DNA of 64,000 nt, from positions 14,391 to 78,390 of the forward strand of contig CAVDFQ010000007.1 in assembly GCA_963608065.1 (NCBI GenBank), given 5' to 3'. This document shows positions 27,268-36,403 of the stretch, piece by piece. The translations under genes were made by a program, and so were the position numbers. Numbering within the stretch: the first letter of the stretch is position 1; each line of letters begins with the position of its first letter. The stretch is from a bacterium. GTDB taxonomy: Bacteria; Bacteroidota; Bacteroidia; Bacteroidales; UBA932. The notes beneath the pieces were generated by a model. It did not search any database and was not told the DNA's origin. It worked only from the letters and a program-made list of their open reading frames with translations.

Positions 27268-27846
27268 TTAGAATCTGTAGGAGATACCGAGATTCAGATA
27301 AGTGACGGTGCCGACGCTGCACTCGGCGGAAACACCGAAATTGTCAGTAAAGAAATAGCGGCAGCCGACAAGCTCGGCGTAAGCGAAGCCGAGGCTCGTG
27401 TCGCTTTTCTTCTCATTGCCGTCCACTCCCCCTGCGGCAGAAGAGACTGAACCTTTGGTCTTCGAGTAGCTGAACTGCATACCGAGCATCGTTCCGGCGT
27501 GCACCTCGAAAGAATCAGTGATATTCAGACCGTAAGTCGCGCGTGGCATCACGGTGAAATAATGATATTTGGTGCTGTTTTTTGCAGTCACCCCGCTGAC
27601 GCTTACGGAATCTGACGATTTATCTCCGTAGAGTCCGGCATATCCGCCCACGGTAAAGTGGCCCTTCCACCAGTGATTGATGAGTACATAGTCGGCTGCG
27701 GCATTTGCGCCGACACCGGGAAGCAGGCCCAGATAGGCGCTTGCCGTTATGCTGCCTACAGGATCCGGGCCCTCGATGGCTCTTGCCTGGAAAGAGGTGG
27801 AGAACAGAAGCAGACTGGCCGCTGCGATAGAAAGTAATTTCTTCAT
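27268..27846 (-). CDS. Outer-membrane beta-barrel protein
   Basis: Signal peptide, GCRYFFTDNFGVSAE and terminal LGISYRF beta-signal. Confidence 0.8.
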   Translation of the reverse strand: MKKLLSIAAASLLLFSTSFQARAIEGPDPVGSITASAYLGLLPGVGANAAADYVLINHWWKGHFTVGGYAGLYGDKSSDSVSVSGVTAKNSTKYHYFTVMPRATYGLNITDSFEVHAGTMLGMQFSYSKTKGSVSSAAGGVDGNEKKSDTSLGFAYAELVGCRYFFTDNFGVSAECSVGTVTYLNLGISYRF

Positions 27847-27912
27847 AATCATTTGATTAATTAGTGGCTAAAAAGCCGTTGTCATTTATGAATTACTTTA
27901 AAAAGTGATAAA

Positions 27913-27951
27913 GGTGAAAAACGTCCCCGGCGCACCGGGGCATTTCTCACC
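27913..27951 (-). terminator. Hairpin downstream of fba, probable terminator
   Basis: Imperfect inverted repeat GGTGAAAAACGTCCCCGG-CGCA-CCGGGGCATTTCTCACC. Confidence 0.55.
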
Positions 27952-27968
27952 TCACAGTCCGGATAGGA

Positions 27969-28967
27969 TTAAGCCTTGCCTTCGGAGCCGAGAACGTCCA
28001 CGATCTTGTGCTCGTAGAGCTTTTTCATCTCGTCACGTGCAGGTCCGAGGTATTTGCGCGGATCGAACTCGCCCGGCTTCTCGTTGAAGACCTTGCGGAT
28101 GGCGGCGGTCATAGCGAGACGGCTGTCGGAGTCGATGTTAATCTTGCAGACGGCACTCTTCGCGGCCTCGCGGAGCTGCTCCTCAGGGATACCTACAGCA
28201 TCAGGAAGCTTGCCGCCGTTAGCGTTGATGATGTCCACATACTCCTGCGGAACAGAGGACGAGCCGTGCAGAACGATAGGGAAGCCCGGGAGCTTCTTCT
28301 CGATCTCGTGGAGAACGTCGAAAGCGAGCGGCGGAGGTACGAGACGGCCTGTCTTAGGGTCTCTGGTGCACTGCTCAGGCTTGAACTTGTATGCGCCGTG
28401 GGAGGTGCCGATGGAGATGGCGAGGGAGTCGCAGCCTGTGCGTGTGGCGAAGTCGATGACTTCCTCAGGCTTGGTGTAGTGGGACTCCTCAGCGGCAACC
28501 TCATCCTCTACACCGGCGAGAACGCCGAGCTCGGCCTCTACGGTGACATCATATTTGTGGGCGTACTCCACAACCTTCTTCGTGAGGGCGATATTCTCCT
28601 CGTAAGGAAGAGAGGAACCGTCGATCATAACGGAAGAGAAGCCCATATCCACGCAGCTCTTGCAGAGCTCGAAGGAGTCACCGTGGTCCAGATGCAGGAC
28701 GATCTGAGGTTTCTCCCAGCCGAGTTCCTTCGCATACTCCACAGCACCTTCCGCCATATAGCGCAGAAGGGTCTGGTTCGCGTAGTTGCGCGCGCCCTTG
28801 CTGACCTGCAGGATCACCGGAGACTTGGTCTCGGCGCTAGCCTGGATGATGGCCTGGAGCTGTTCCATATTGTTGAAGTTGAAAGCCGGGATGGCATAGC
28901 CGCCCTTGATTGCCTTTGCGAACATCTCACGAGTGTTCACAAGGCCGATTTCTTTATAAGATACCAT
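27969..28967 (-). CDS. fba: Class II fructose-1,6-bisphosphate aldolase
   Basis: Start at MVSYKEIGL. HLDHG, GTSHGAYK, LHGSSSV and KINIDSD motifs. Confidence 0.95.
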   Translation of the reverse strand: MVSYKEIGLVNTREMFAKAIKGGYAIPAFNFNNMEQLQAIIQASAETKSPVILQVSKGARNYANQTLLRYMAEGAVEYAKELGWEKPQIVLHLDHGDSFELCKSCVDMGFSSVMIDGSSLPYEENIALTKKVVEYAHKYDVTVEAELGVLAGVEDEVAAEESHYTKPEEVIDFATRTGCDSLAISIGTSHGAYKFKPEQCTRDPKTGRLVPPPLAFDVLHEIEKKLPGFPIVLHGSSSVPQEYVDIINANGGKLPDAVGIPEEQLREAAKSAVCKINIDSDSRLAMTAAIRKVFNEKPGEFDPRKYLGPARDEMKKLYEHKIVDVLGSEGKA

Positions 28968-29100
28968 AACTTTTAAGGTTAAACATTTACCAACAACACG
29001 AGTCCCGCAGCAGGCCGCGCTTTCCAGCACCGGGCGGGAACCCGGACACATTTTTTCAAATCGCGCAAATTTAGTTATTTTTGCGGAAATAAACCACTTA

Positions 29101-29670
29101 ATGAGCAATAAAGTTCTCATCTTCTGCGCGCCTTCGGGCTCAGGGAAAAGCACCATAGTCAGGCACATACTGTCTCTCCATCCGGAGATAGAATTCTCCG
29201 TGTCAGCCACCTCGAGACTTCCCCGGGGCGATGAGCAGAACGGTAAGGAGTACTATTTCTTCACCCCGGAGGAATTCCGCCGCCTGATTTCTGAAGACAG
29301 TTTCGTAGAATACGAAGAAGTCTATCCCGGACGCTTCTACGGCACGCTGAAGAAAGAGGTCGAGCGCATCTGGGCTAAAGGGCACAGCCTCGTCTTCGAT
29401 GTGGACGTGAAGGGCGGAGTGAATCTGAAGAGATATTTCGGAGACAGGGCTCTGTCGGTATTCATAGGAGTGCCGGACCCTTCGGTGCTGCGCGAAAGAC
29501 TCACGGCCCGGGGCACCGACTCCCCCGAAGAAATCGAGAAGCGGCTGCAGAAGGCGGCGGAAGAAACCCTCTACGCCCCGCAGTTCGACACGATTCTTAT
29601 GAACGGCGAGCTGTCCGAAGCCTTCCGCGAAGCCGAGAAACTCGTCGATGACTTCCTGAAACGCCCGTAG
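29101..29670 (+). CDS. gmk: Guanylate kinase
   Basis: APSGSGKST, SVSATSR, YGT and DVDVKG motifs. Confidence 0.95.
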   Translation: MSNKVLIFCAPSGSGKSTIVRHILSLHPEIEFSVSATSRLPRGDEQNGKEYYFFTPEEFRRLISEDSFVEYEEVYPGRFYGTLKKEVERIWAKGHSLVFDVDVKGGVNLKRYFGDRALSVFIGVPDPSVLRERLTARGTDSPEEIEKRLQKAAEETLYAPQFDTILMNGELSEAFREAEKLVDDFLKRP

Positions 29671-29718
29671 TCCGCCACTCTACAAGAGGAAAACCAAGAC
29701 TTCCCCACTCACTACATA

Positions 29719-30360
29719 ATGAACATAGCGGTGTACTCGGGGTCCTTCGACCCCCTTCACATCGGCCATCTGGCCATAATGGAATGCCTTACCCGGGAAC
29801 GCGAATTCGACTGGGTATATCTGGTCATTTCCCCGCAGAACCCGCTGAAAGACTCCTCCAAGGCACTTTCAGCCCGCAAAAGGTATGAGGAGGCGGTGGA
29901 AGCCGTGCGCCGTCACCCGGAGCTCCACGTATGGGTGGACGACATAGAGATGAATATGGAGCCGCCCCACTACACCATCCGCACCCTCGATGCACTGAAA
30001 AAGCGCGAACCCGCAAACAAATTCACCCTGGTCATCGGCGCGGACAATCTGGAGAACATCCACCTGTGGAGAGACAGCGCGCGTCTGCTCTCGGAATACG
30101 GCGTGGTGGTCTATCCGCGAAAAGGTTACGATGCCGACAGCATCCGGGCTCAGCTCCAGAAGGAAAGCCTGCACTTCCCCACCCCATACGTGATGGACGC
30201 GTGGGAGACCCGGATTATGGACGGAGCGCTCAGCATCGAGGAGATCTTCGAGCGGCTATACAACATCCGCGTGATAGACGCGCCCATAGTCGATATCTCC
30301 TCCACCGAAATCCGTCAGGCGCAGGAAAGGGGCGAGGATATGTCCGAGTATCTGATGTAG
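29719..30360 (+). CDS. nadD: Nicotinate-nucleotide adenylyltransferase
   Basis: GSFDPLHIGH, YTIRTL, IGADN and ISSTEIR motifs, located after gmk. Confidence 0.93.
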   Translation: MNIAVYSGSFDPLHIGHLAIMECLTREREFDWVYLVISPQNPLKDSSKALSARKRYEEAVEAVRRHPELHVWVDDIEMNMEPPHYTIRTLDALKKREPANKFTLVIGADNLENIHLWRDSARLLSEYGVVVYPRKGYDADSIRAQLQKESLHFPTPYVMDAWETRIMDGALSIEEIFERLYNIRVIDAPIVDISSTEIRQAQERGEDMSEYLM

Positions 30361-30409
30361 TCACTTAAAGCGGCGGAGCGCCCTCCCGCTGCGAATCTTC
30401 GTACCACAT

Positions 30410-30452
30410 AAAAAAGAGGATGACCCTTTTTGGTCACCCCCCCCCTTTTTTT
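30410..30452. terminator. Probable bidirectional terminator between nadD and dnaK
   Basis: A6-GAGGATGACC-CTTTTT-GGTCA-C9-T7. Confidence 0.65.
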
Positions 30453-30470
30453 CATTCTGAGACTTCTCTA

Positions 30471-32372
30471 CTACTGCTCGTCCGGAGCTTCAGGTCCGTT
30501 GTCAGCAGGCCCCTGAGGACCGTACTGAGGTCCCTGCGGACCGTCCTGCGGACCCTGCGGACCGCCCTGGGCAGCCTTGGCCATATCCTCGGACGCGGCG
30601 TGCCAGGCAGCCTCGAGAGCCGAGTTAGCGCTGTCTATGGCAGCTATGTCCTTCGCCTCCACGGCTTTCTTCAGCTCGGCGCAGGCGCTCTCGATGGCGC
30701 TCTTCTTGTCGGCAGGAATCTTGTCGCCGTACTCCTTGAGATTCTTCTCGGTCTGGAATACCATAGCGTCGCCATTGTTTATCTTGTCGATACGCTCCTT
30801 GGCCTCCTTGTCCGCAGCCTCATTGGCCTTGGCCTCATCACGCATCCTCCGGATTTCCTCCTCGCTCAGGCCGCTCGAAGCGGTGATGCGGATGTTCTGC
30901 GCCTTGCCTGTAGCCTTGTCGGTGGCGGAGACGTTGAGTATGCCGTTCGCGTCGATATCGAAGCTCACCTCGATCTGAGGGATTCCGCGCGGTGCCGGAG
31001 CTATGCCGTCGAGGTTGAACTCGCCGATAAGCTTGTTGTCCTTCGCCATCGGGCGCTCACCCTGGAGCACGCGGATCTGTACGGACGGCTGATTGTCAGC
31101 GGCGGTGGAGAACACCTGACTCTTCTTTGCAGGGATGGTGGTGTTCGCGTCGATGAGCTTGGTCATCACGCCGCCGAGGGTCTCTATACCGAGAGAAAGC
31201 GGGGTGACATCCAGAAGGAGAACATCCTTCACGTCGCCGGCGAGCACGCCGCCCTGGATGGATGCACCGATGGCCACAACCTCGTCCGGGTTCACGCTCT
31301 TGTTAGGCTCCTTGCCGAAGAAGTTCTTGACGATTTCCTGAACCTTAGGGATACGTGTGGAACCGCCGACGAGCAGAACCTCGTCTATGTCTGACGGCTT
31401 CAGGTGAGCATCCTCGAGGGCCTTGCGGCAAGGCTCGACGGTGCGGTTGAAGAGGCCGTCGCAGAGCATCTCGAACTTGGCCCTGGTGAGGGTCTTCACA
31501 AGGTGCTTAGGAATGCCGTCCACAGGCATTATGTAAGGCAGGTTGATCTCTGCGGAAGTCTGGTTAGAGAGCTCGATCTTAGCCTTCTCGGCAGCTTCCT
31601 TAAGTCTCTGGAGCGCCATAGGGTCCTTCTTGAGGTCGATCCCGTGGTTCTCGGAAGCGAATTCGGAAGCGAGCCAGTCGATGATGGCCTGGTCGAAATC
31701 GTCACCTCCGAGGTGGGTGTCACCGTTAGTGGAGCGGACTTCGAACACACCGTCGCCGAGTTCCAGGATGGAGATATCGAAAGTACCGCCGCCGAGGTCG
31801 AACACAGCTATCTTCGAATTCTTGTCTTTCTTGTCCAGACCGTAGGCGAGGGCCGCCGCAGTAGGCTCGTTTATGATTCGCTTCACGTCCAGACCCGCGA
31901 TCTTGCCGGCCTCCTTGGTGGCCTGACGCTGGCTGTCGGAGAAGTATGCCGGCACTGTGATGACAGCCTCGGTGACTTCCTGACGGAGATAGTCTTCCGC
32001 CGTCTTCTTCATCTTCTGGAGGATGATGGCCGAAATCTCCTGAGGAGTATAAGGATGGCCGTTAATGTCCACGCGCGGAGTATTGTTTTCGCCCTTTATG
32101 ACCTTATACGGGACTCTTTCGATCTCCTTTGTGACCTGATCGTAGGTCTCGCCCATAAAGCGCTTGATGGAATATACGGTATTGTGAGGGTTGGTGATGG
32201 CCTGACGCTTGGCAGGATTACCGACCTTCCTCTCTCCGCCGTCCGTGAAAGCGACTACGGAAGGAGTAGTCCTCTCACCTTCGTTATTGATGATGACCGT
32301 AGGCTGATTACCTTCCATTACTGCTACGCAGGAGTTAGTTGTACCGAGGTCAATTCCGATGATTTTTCCCAT
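30471..32372 (-). CDS. dnaK: Chaperone DnaK
   Basis: [23 protein letters not shown] and NPDEVVA motifs. Confidence 0.98.
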   Translation of the reverse strand: MGKIIGIDLGTTNSCVAVMEGNQPTVIINNEGERTTPSVVAFTDGGERKVGNPAKRQAITNPHNTVYSIKRFMGETYDQVTKEIERVPYKVIKGENNTPRVDINGHPYTPQEISAIILQKMKKTAEDYLRQEVTEAVITVPAYFSDSQRQATKEAGKIAGLDVKRIINEPTAAALAYGLDKKDKNSKIAVFDLGGGTFDISILELGDGVFEVRSTNGDTHLGGDDFDQAIIDWLASEFASENHGIDLKKDPMALQRLKEAAEKAKIELSNQTSAEINLPYIMPVDGIPKHLVKTLTRAKFEMLCDGLFNRTVEPCRKALEDAHLKPSDIDEVLLVGGSTRIPKVQEIVKNFFGKEPNKSVNPDEVVAIGASIQGGVLAGDVKDVLLLDVTPLSLGIETLGGVMTKLIDANTTIPAKKSQVFSTAADNQPSVQIRVLQGERPMAKDNKLIGEFNLDGIAPAPRGIPQIEVSFDIDANGILNVSATDKATGKAQNIRITASSGLSEEEIRRMRDEAKANEAADKEAKERIDKINNGDAMVFQTEKNLKEYGDKIPADKKSAIESACAELKKAVEAKDIAAIDSANSALEAAWHAASEDMAKAAQGGPQGPQDGPQGPQYGPQGPADNGPEAPDEQ

Positions 32373-32522
32373 AATTGTATTTTCTTTTACTTATTGTCTC
32401 TCTATTTTCCGTGCCCGGCTCATCCGGAGCACGCCGGGACATACAACCAATGTTGTGCCAAGAGCGTTTTCTGCCAATTTGTCATAAAAAACCGTATCTT
32501 TGCTGACAGAAACCTTTCTGAT

Positions 32523-33251
32523 ATGGAATACAGGACACTGACAGAGACAGAATTCGCAGACCTGAGCGCGCGCATCCTGTACGAAGACAACCATCTTCTC
32601 ATCGTGAACAAGCGCTCGGGAGAAATCACCCAGGGCGACAGGACCGGCGACGAGTGCCTCGCGGACAGCTACAAGGCGTTCATCGCGCAGCGCGACTCCA
32701 AGCCCGGAAAGGTCTATCTCGGCATCCCGCACCGCCTCGACCGTCCCGTGAGCGGCATCTGCGTGCTCGCCAAGACGAGCAAGGCGCTCGAAAGGCTCTC
32801 GGAGATGCTGCGCGAGGGACGCGTCCACAAGCTCTACTGGGCGCTCTGCTGCGCGAAGCCCGAGCCCGCCGAAGGACTGCTCGAAGACTACATAGTCCGC
32901 AACGAAAAGCAGAACAAATCCTACATAGTCCCTGCGGCCGCTGACGCGTCCAATCCCGCCCCACCCCGTCCCGGGGCCAAGCTCGCCCGCCTGCGCTACC
33001 GCTGCCGGAAAAGCACAGACAGGTATCACCTCGTGGAAGTCGAGCTGCTCACCGGGCGACATCACCAGATCCGCTGCCAGCTCAGCCATCTGGGCTGCTG
33101 CATAAAGGGGGACCTGAAATACGGGGCCCCAAGGTCCAATCCTGACGGAGGGATCTGCCTACAGGCGCACGAGATACGTTTCGAGCATCCGGTAAGACAC
33201 AGCGAAGTGCACGTCGTCGCCCCCGTCCCCGAAGGATGGAAAGGCATCTGA
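32523..33251 (+). CDS. RluA-family RNA pseudouridine synthase
   Basis: Start reassigned to MEYRTL. HRLDRPVSG, TGRHHQIR and GDLKYG motifs, with a TATCTTTG -7 element upstream. Confidence 0.92.
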   Translation: MEYRTLTETEFADLSARILYEDNHLLIVNKRSGEITQGDRTGDECLADSYKAFIAQRDSKPGKVYLGIPHRLDRPVSGICVLAKTSKALERLSEMLREGRVHKLYWALCCAKPEPAEGLLEDYIVRNEKQNKSYIVPAAADASNPAPPRPGAKLARLRYRCRKSTDRYHLVEVELLTGRHHQIRCQLSHLGCCIKGDLKYGAPRSNPDGGICLQAHEIRFEHPVRHSEVHVVAPVPEGWKGI

Positions 33252-33255
33252 CTCT

Positions 33256-34371
33256 TTACGCTGCGATCTCCCCTGCTGCGGAAGGCTCCCTCAGCCTTTC
33301 CGCCTTGCTTTCCTTCAGCCATTCCACCGGAGTGTAGCCGGTGAAAGTTCTGAAAGCGCTTATGAAACTCACGGCAGTGTGGAACCCGCAGCCGGAGTAT
33401 ATGTCTTTCAGTTTCAGCTGCGGATGCATTTTCCATAGCATCTGCGAATGCGCCACCCTGTATCTGTTCACAAGATTGCAGAAATTGTTTCCCGTCACCC
33501 TGTTTATGGATCTGGAGATATAGGCCCTGTTCGAGAGCATGGCATCGGCGAGGTCCGCTATGGAGAAATTTTCATCCAGATACGGCTTGTGCTCCACCAT
33601 ATATTTCTCTATGCGCTCATACATTGCCTTCATCTTGGCCTGTACTCTCGCCGAACTCTCCACGGCTTCTCCCGTCATCATATTCCGTATCTGCAGACTC
33701 TTCCTCTCGCCGAGATACACTATGGATGCATCTGCCGATTTCCTGTAAGCCCCGTACACCGAGGCCGAGGCGGCAAGCAGGGCGAGGGTCAGCAGAAGAG
33801 CGGAGAGAGCGGGAGGAGCGGTGCCACAAAGCAGCCCCAGACAGACGGAGGCGAGAAGCAGCAGGGCATAGCAGTGCGAGGCATAATCCTCCATCGCATA
33901 TCTGACCGACTTGCTGCGGAAAAGGGACTTGATGTCCTCATATCTCATCTTCAGACACATACAGCTATGTCCCATCACACATCCCAGCACGAGCAGGGAA
34001 AAGATTTCCGTCTTTCTGCCATAAGTCCCGGTCAGAGCGAGCAGGAAGGCCGACAGGACGCATAGCGCGGCGAATACCGTGACGGAAAGCAGGGTGTATT
34101 TCCTCTTCCCGGAATACGAATGGGGGCTGAGCAGAAGAACAGCGGCGGCAACCTGCAGATTCAGCAGCGGCGCGCGGCCTTCCGGCCGCGCCCCCGCGCA
34201 CAGGTCCGCCACTGTCAGGAGCAGGAACAGGGAGAGGGCAGCAATTCTTATGACGGAAGATGTCTGTTTCCTGATCAGGCTTCCGCTGCGGTAATCTCTT
34301 ACGGACAGGCAGACGAGTAGAACGATGGCCGGCACCGCCAGGCCACAATAAAGAATGTACTTCATAATCAT
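33256..34371 (-). CDS. Membrane-anchored AraC-family regulator
   Basis: About 6 TM segments, then KPYLD..FSIADLA..NRAYISRSIN...GCGF...F..FTGYTP HTH. The start is uncertain. Confidence 0.85.
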   Translation of the reverse strand: MIMKYILYCGLAVPAIVLLVCLSVRDYRSGSLIRKQTSSVIRIAALSLFLLLTVADLCAGARPEGRAPLLNLQVAAAVLLLSPHSYSGKRKYTLLSVTVFAALCVLSAFLLALTGTYGRKTEIFSLLVLGCVMGHSCMCLKMRYEDIKSLFRSKSVRYAMEDYASHCYALLLLASVCLGLLCGTAPPALSALLLTLALLAASASVYGAYRKSADASIVYLGERKSLQIRNMMTGEAVESSARVQAKMKAMYERIEKYMVEHKPYLDENFSIADLADAMLSNRAYISRSINRVTGNNFCNLVNRYRVAHSQMLWKMHPQLKLKDIYSGCGFHTAVSFISAFRTFTGYTPVEWLKESKAERLREPSAAGEIAA

Positions 34372-34403
34372 TTGGTTAAATTGTTTAAGGCCCAAATATC
34401 CGC

Positions 34404-34446
34404 AAAAACTCCCTTCCCGGCCGCAGCCGTGAAGGGAGTTTTTTTT
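34404..34446. terminator. Intrinsic terminator after the leuS-yitT operon
   Basis: AAAAACTCCCTTC...GAAGGGAGTTTTTTTT inverted repeat. Confidence 0.8.
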
Positions 34447-34474
34447 AATTCCGTATATCTTTTTTAAATCAGCG

Positions 34475-35470
34475 TCAGTCTTTCGGAGAAACCTCTGCCT
34501 GCGGGGTTTCAGCAGCCTCTTTCCGGCCGCGTCTGAGCGCCTTCACTCCTTTCATGGCCTCGAAACCTCGGCCGTAAACTCCGCTTACGGAAGAGACGGA
34601 CATAAACACGTCGGGGTCGATGGTCTTCACGTAACGCAGGAAGATGGCAAGATCCGCCTTGCGGGTGATGACCATAAGCACCTGTGCGGGAGTCTTCGTA
34701 TACCAGCCTTCCCCGTTGAGCACCGTAACCCCCCTGTGAAGGTCGCGGGTGATGGCATCGGCCAGTTCAGATGACTTCTTCGAAAGGATGAAAAGCTGGA
34801 CGGACTGCTTGGAGCCGGAAAGCACCATATCCAGTACGGTGCTGTTCACAGTGATGAGTATCAGACCGTACACTATGTTCACCAGCTTTTCGGTAAAAGG
34901 CAGGAGCTCTCCGGAGGGTGTGTAGGACGGGATCAGTATGGAAGAGCAGATTATGACCACATCTATCCAGAGTATCATACGCCCCGGTGACACCCCGCGG
35001 TACTTGTTCACTATCAGCGCGATGATATCGGTTCCTCCGGTACTTCCGCCTACAGACATAGTAAGCCCTATGCCGGTACCCACGAGGATGCCACCCATAA
35101 TGGTGCTCATAAGCTTGCCGTTGTCTATGCTCAGTACCTGTATGAAGTCGGCGGGAATGATGTCCTGAAACACATTCAGCCCTATGGAAGCCAGGATGAC
35201 CGCATAGACGGTCTTGCCCCCGAAGCCTTTTCCCAGAAGGAAAAGCGCGATGATGAGCAGAGCCGCATTTATCACGAAGTAGGAATAACCCACCTTGATG
35301 AATCCGGACGTGGCGTACTGTATGATGGAGGAGATACCGGTGACTCCGCCGCCGATGAGATTGTTGGATATCAGAAAGATGGTCCAGCCCAGCACATACA
35401 GCAGTATACCCAGGGTAATTATCGCATACTCTTTCACGGTATGCAGCAAAGATGTCTTCAGGACGGTCAT
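34475..35470 (-). CDS. YitT-family membrane protein
   Basis: [16 protein letters not shown], and C-terminal RGVT..GWYT / DPDVF..VYGRGF motifs. Confidence 0.9.
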   Translation of the reverse strand: MTVLKTSLLHTVKEYAIITLGILLYVLGWTIFLISNNLIGGGVTGISSIIQYATSGFIKVGYSYFVINAALLIIALFLLGKGFGGKTVYAVILASIGLNVFQDIIPADFIQVLSIDNGKLMSTIMGGILVGTGIGLTMSVGGSTGGTDIIALIVNKYRGVSPGRMILWIDVVIICSSILIPSYTPSGELLPFTEKLVNIVYGLILITVNSTVLDMVLSGSKQSVQLFILSKKSSELADAITRDLHRGVTVLNGEGWYTKTPAQVLMVITRKADLAIFLRYVKTIDPDVFMSVSSVSGVYGRGFEAMKGVKALRRGRKEAAETPQAEVSPKD

Positions 35471-35473
35471 TGG

Positions 35474-36403
35474 TTATTTATTTGTAAGTTCTTTCTTCTT
35501 GCGTTTCAGGCCTGTCTTTATCTCTTCGAAGCCCTCGCCATAGACATTGCTGGTCACGGACACCGACATAAAGGCACGCGGGTCCAGTTCCTTGATGACT
35601 GAAGCGAGGCCGGGGAACTGCTTCTGGCTTATGAGGATGAGCAGCAGGTTCTTGTCCTGCTTGGTATACCAGCCCTGGGCTCTTAGGATGGTGACGCCGC
35701 GGTCCATATTGTTTATGATATGGTCCGCGATTTCTTCATACTTTTCCGAGAACACGAGCAGCTGGTAAGAGGACTTCTTGCCGCCCACCACGAAATCTAT
35801 CATCAGACTGAAGGTTATGACCTCTTCAAGACCGTAGATCATATCCTTGAAAGATCTGTCCGGGAGGAAGAGGAGCATACAGATGACCACCAGGTCCATC
35901 ACCACGAAGGCGGTGCTCAGGGATACGGGCCAGTACTTGTTCACCATAAGCGCCACGATGTCCGTACCGCCGGTGCTTCCGCCGAAACGCAGGACAAGTC
36001 CTATGCCCAGAGCCTCGAAGACTCCCGCGATGACCGGGATGATCACCCTCTCCTCCACGAAGAAGAAGCTGCCGGGGACGCAGTGGATGGCCGTCCATCC
36101 GGCCACGACTTCCATAAGGAGGGTGGACATCGCGATGCAGTAGATGGTCTTGAAGCCGAAGCCGATGCCCATAAAGAACACGGCCGCTATGATGAGGACG
36201 GCATTCAAGGCCAGGTAAGAGTACTGGGCGGCGATGAAACCGCCGGTGGCATACTGGATTACGGTGCACAGACCCATCATTCCGCCGGCGGACATTCCAT
36301 TCGGAATCATAAAGCTCTCCCACGCCACGGCGAAGAAGAAACAGGCCACCGTCAGAGCGATGTAATCGAACAGTGTTTTCTTGAGGTCAATCTTTATTTT
36401 CAT
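35474..36403 (-). CDS. YitT-family membrane protein
   Basis: [17 protein letters not shown] and DPRAF..VYGEGF motifs. Confidence 0.9.
   Translation of the reverse strand: MKIKIDLKKTLFDYIALTVACFFFAVAWESFMIPNGMSAGGMMGLCTVIQYATGGFIAAQYSYLALNAVLIIAAVFFMGIGFGFKTIYCIAMSTLLMEVVAGWTAIHCVPGSFFFVEERVIIPVIAGVFEALGIGLVLRFGGSTGGTDIVALMVNKYWPVSLSTAFVVMDLVVICMLLFLPDRSFKDMIYGLEEVITFSLMIDFVVGGKKSSYQLLVFSEKYEEIADHIINNMDRGVTILRAQGWYTKQDKNLLLILISQKQFPGLASVIKELDPRAFMSVSVTSNVYGEGFEEIKTGLKRKKKELTNK

Noticed and set aside
30420..32522. Long + strand ORFs antisense to dnaK (324 aa, and the first 373 aa of the 615-aa ORF)
   Set aside because: This is the well-known antisense shadow frame of dnaK. The real gene (RluA family) starts at 32523.
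34475..36403. Tandem YitT paralogues after leuS as a novel system
   Set aside because: YitT genes next to leuS are an ordinary Bacteroidales arrangement, and nothing else here distinguishes them.
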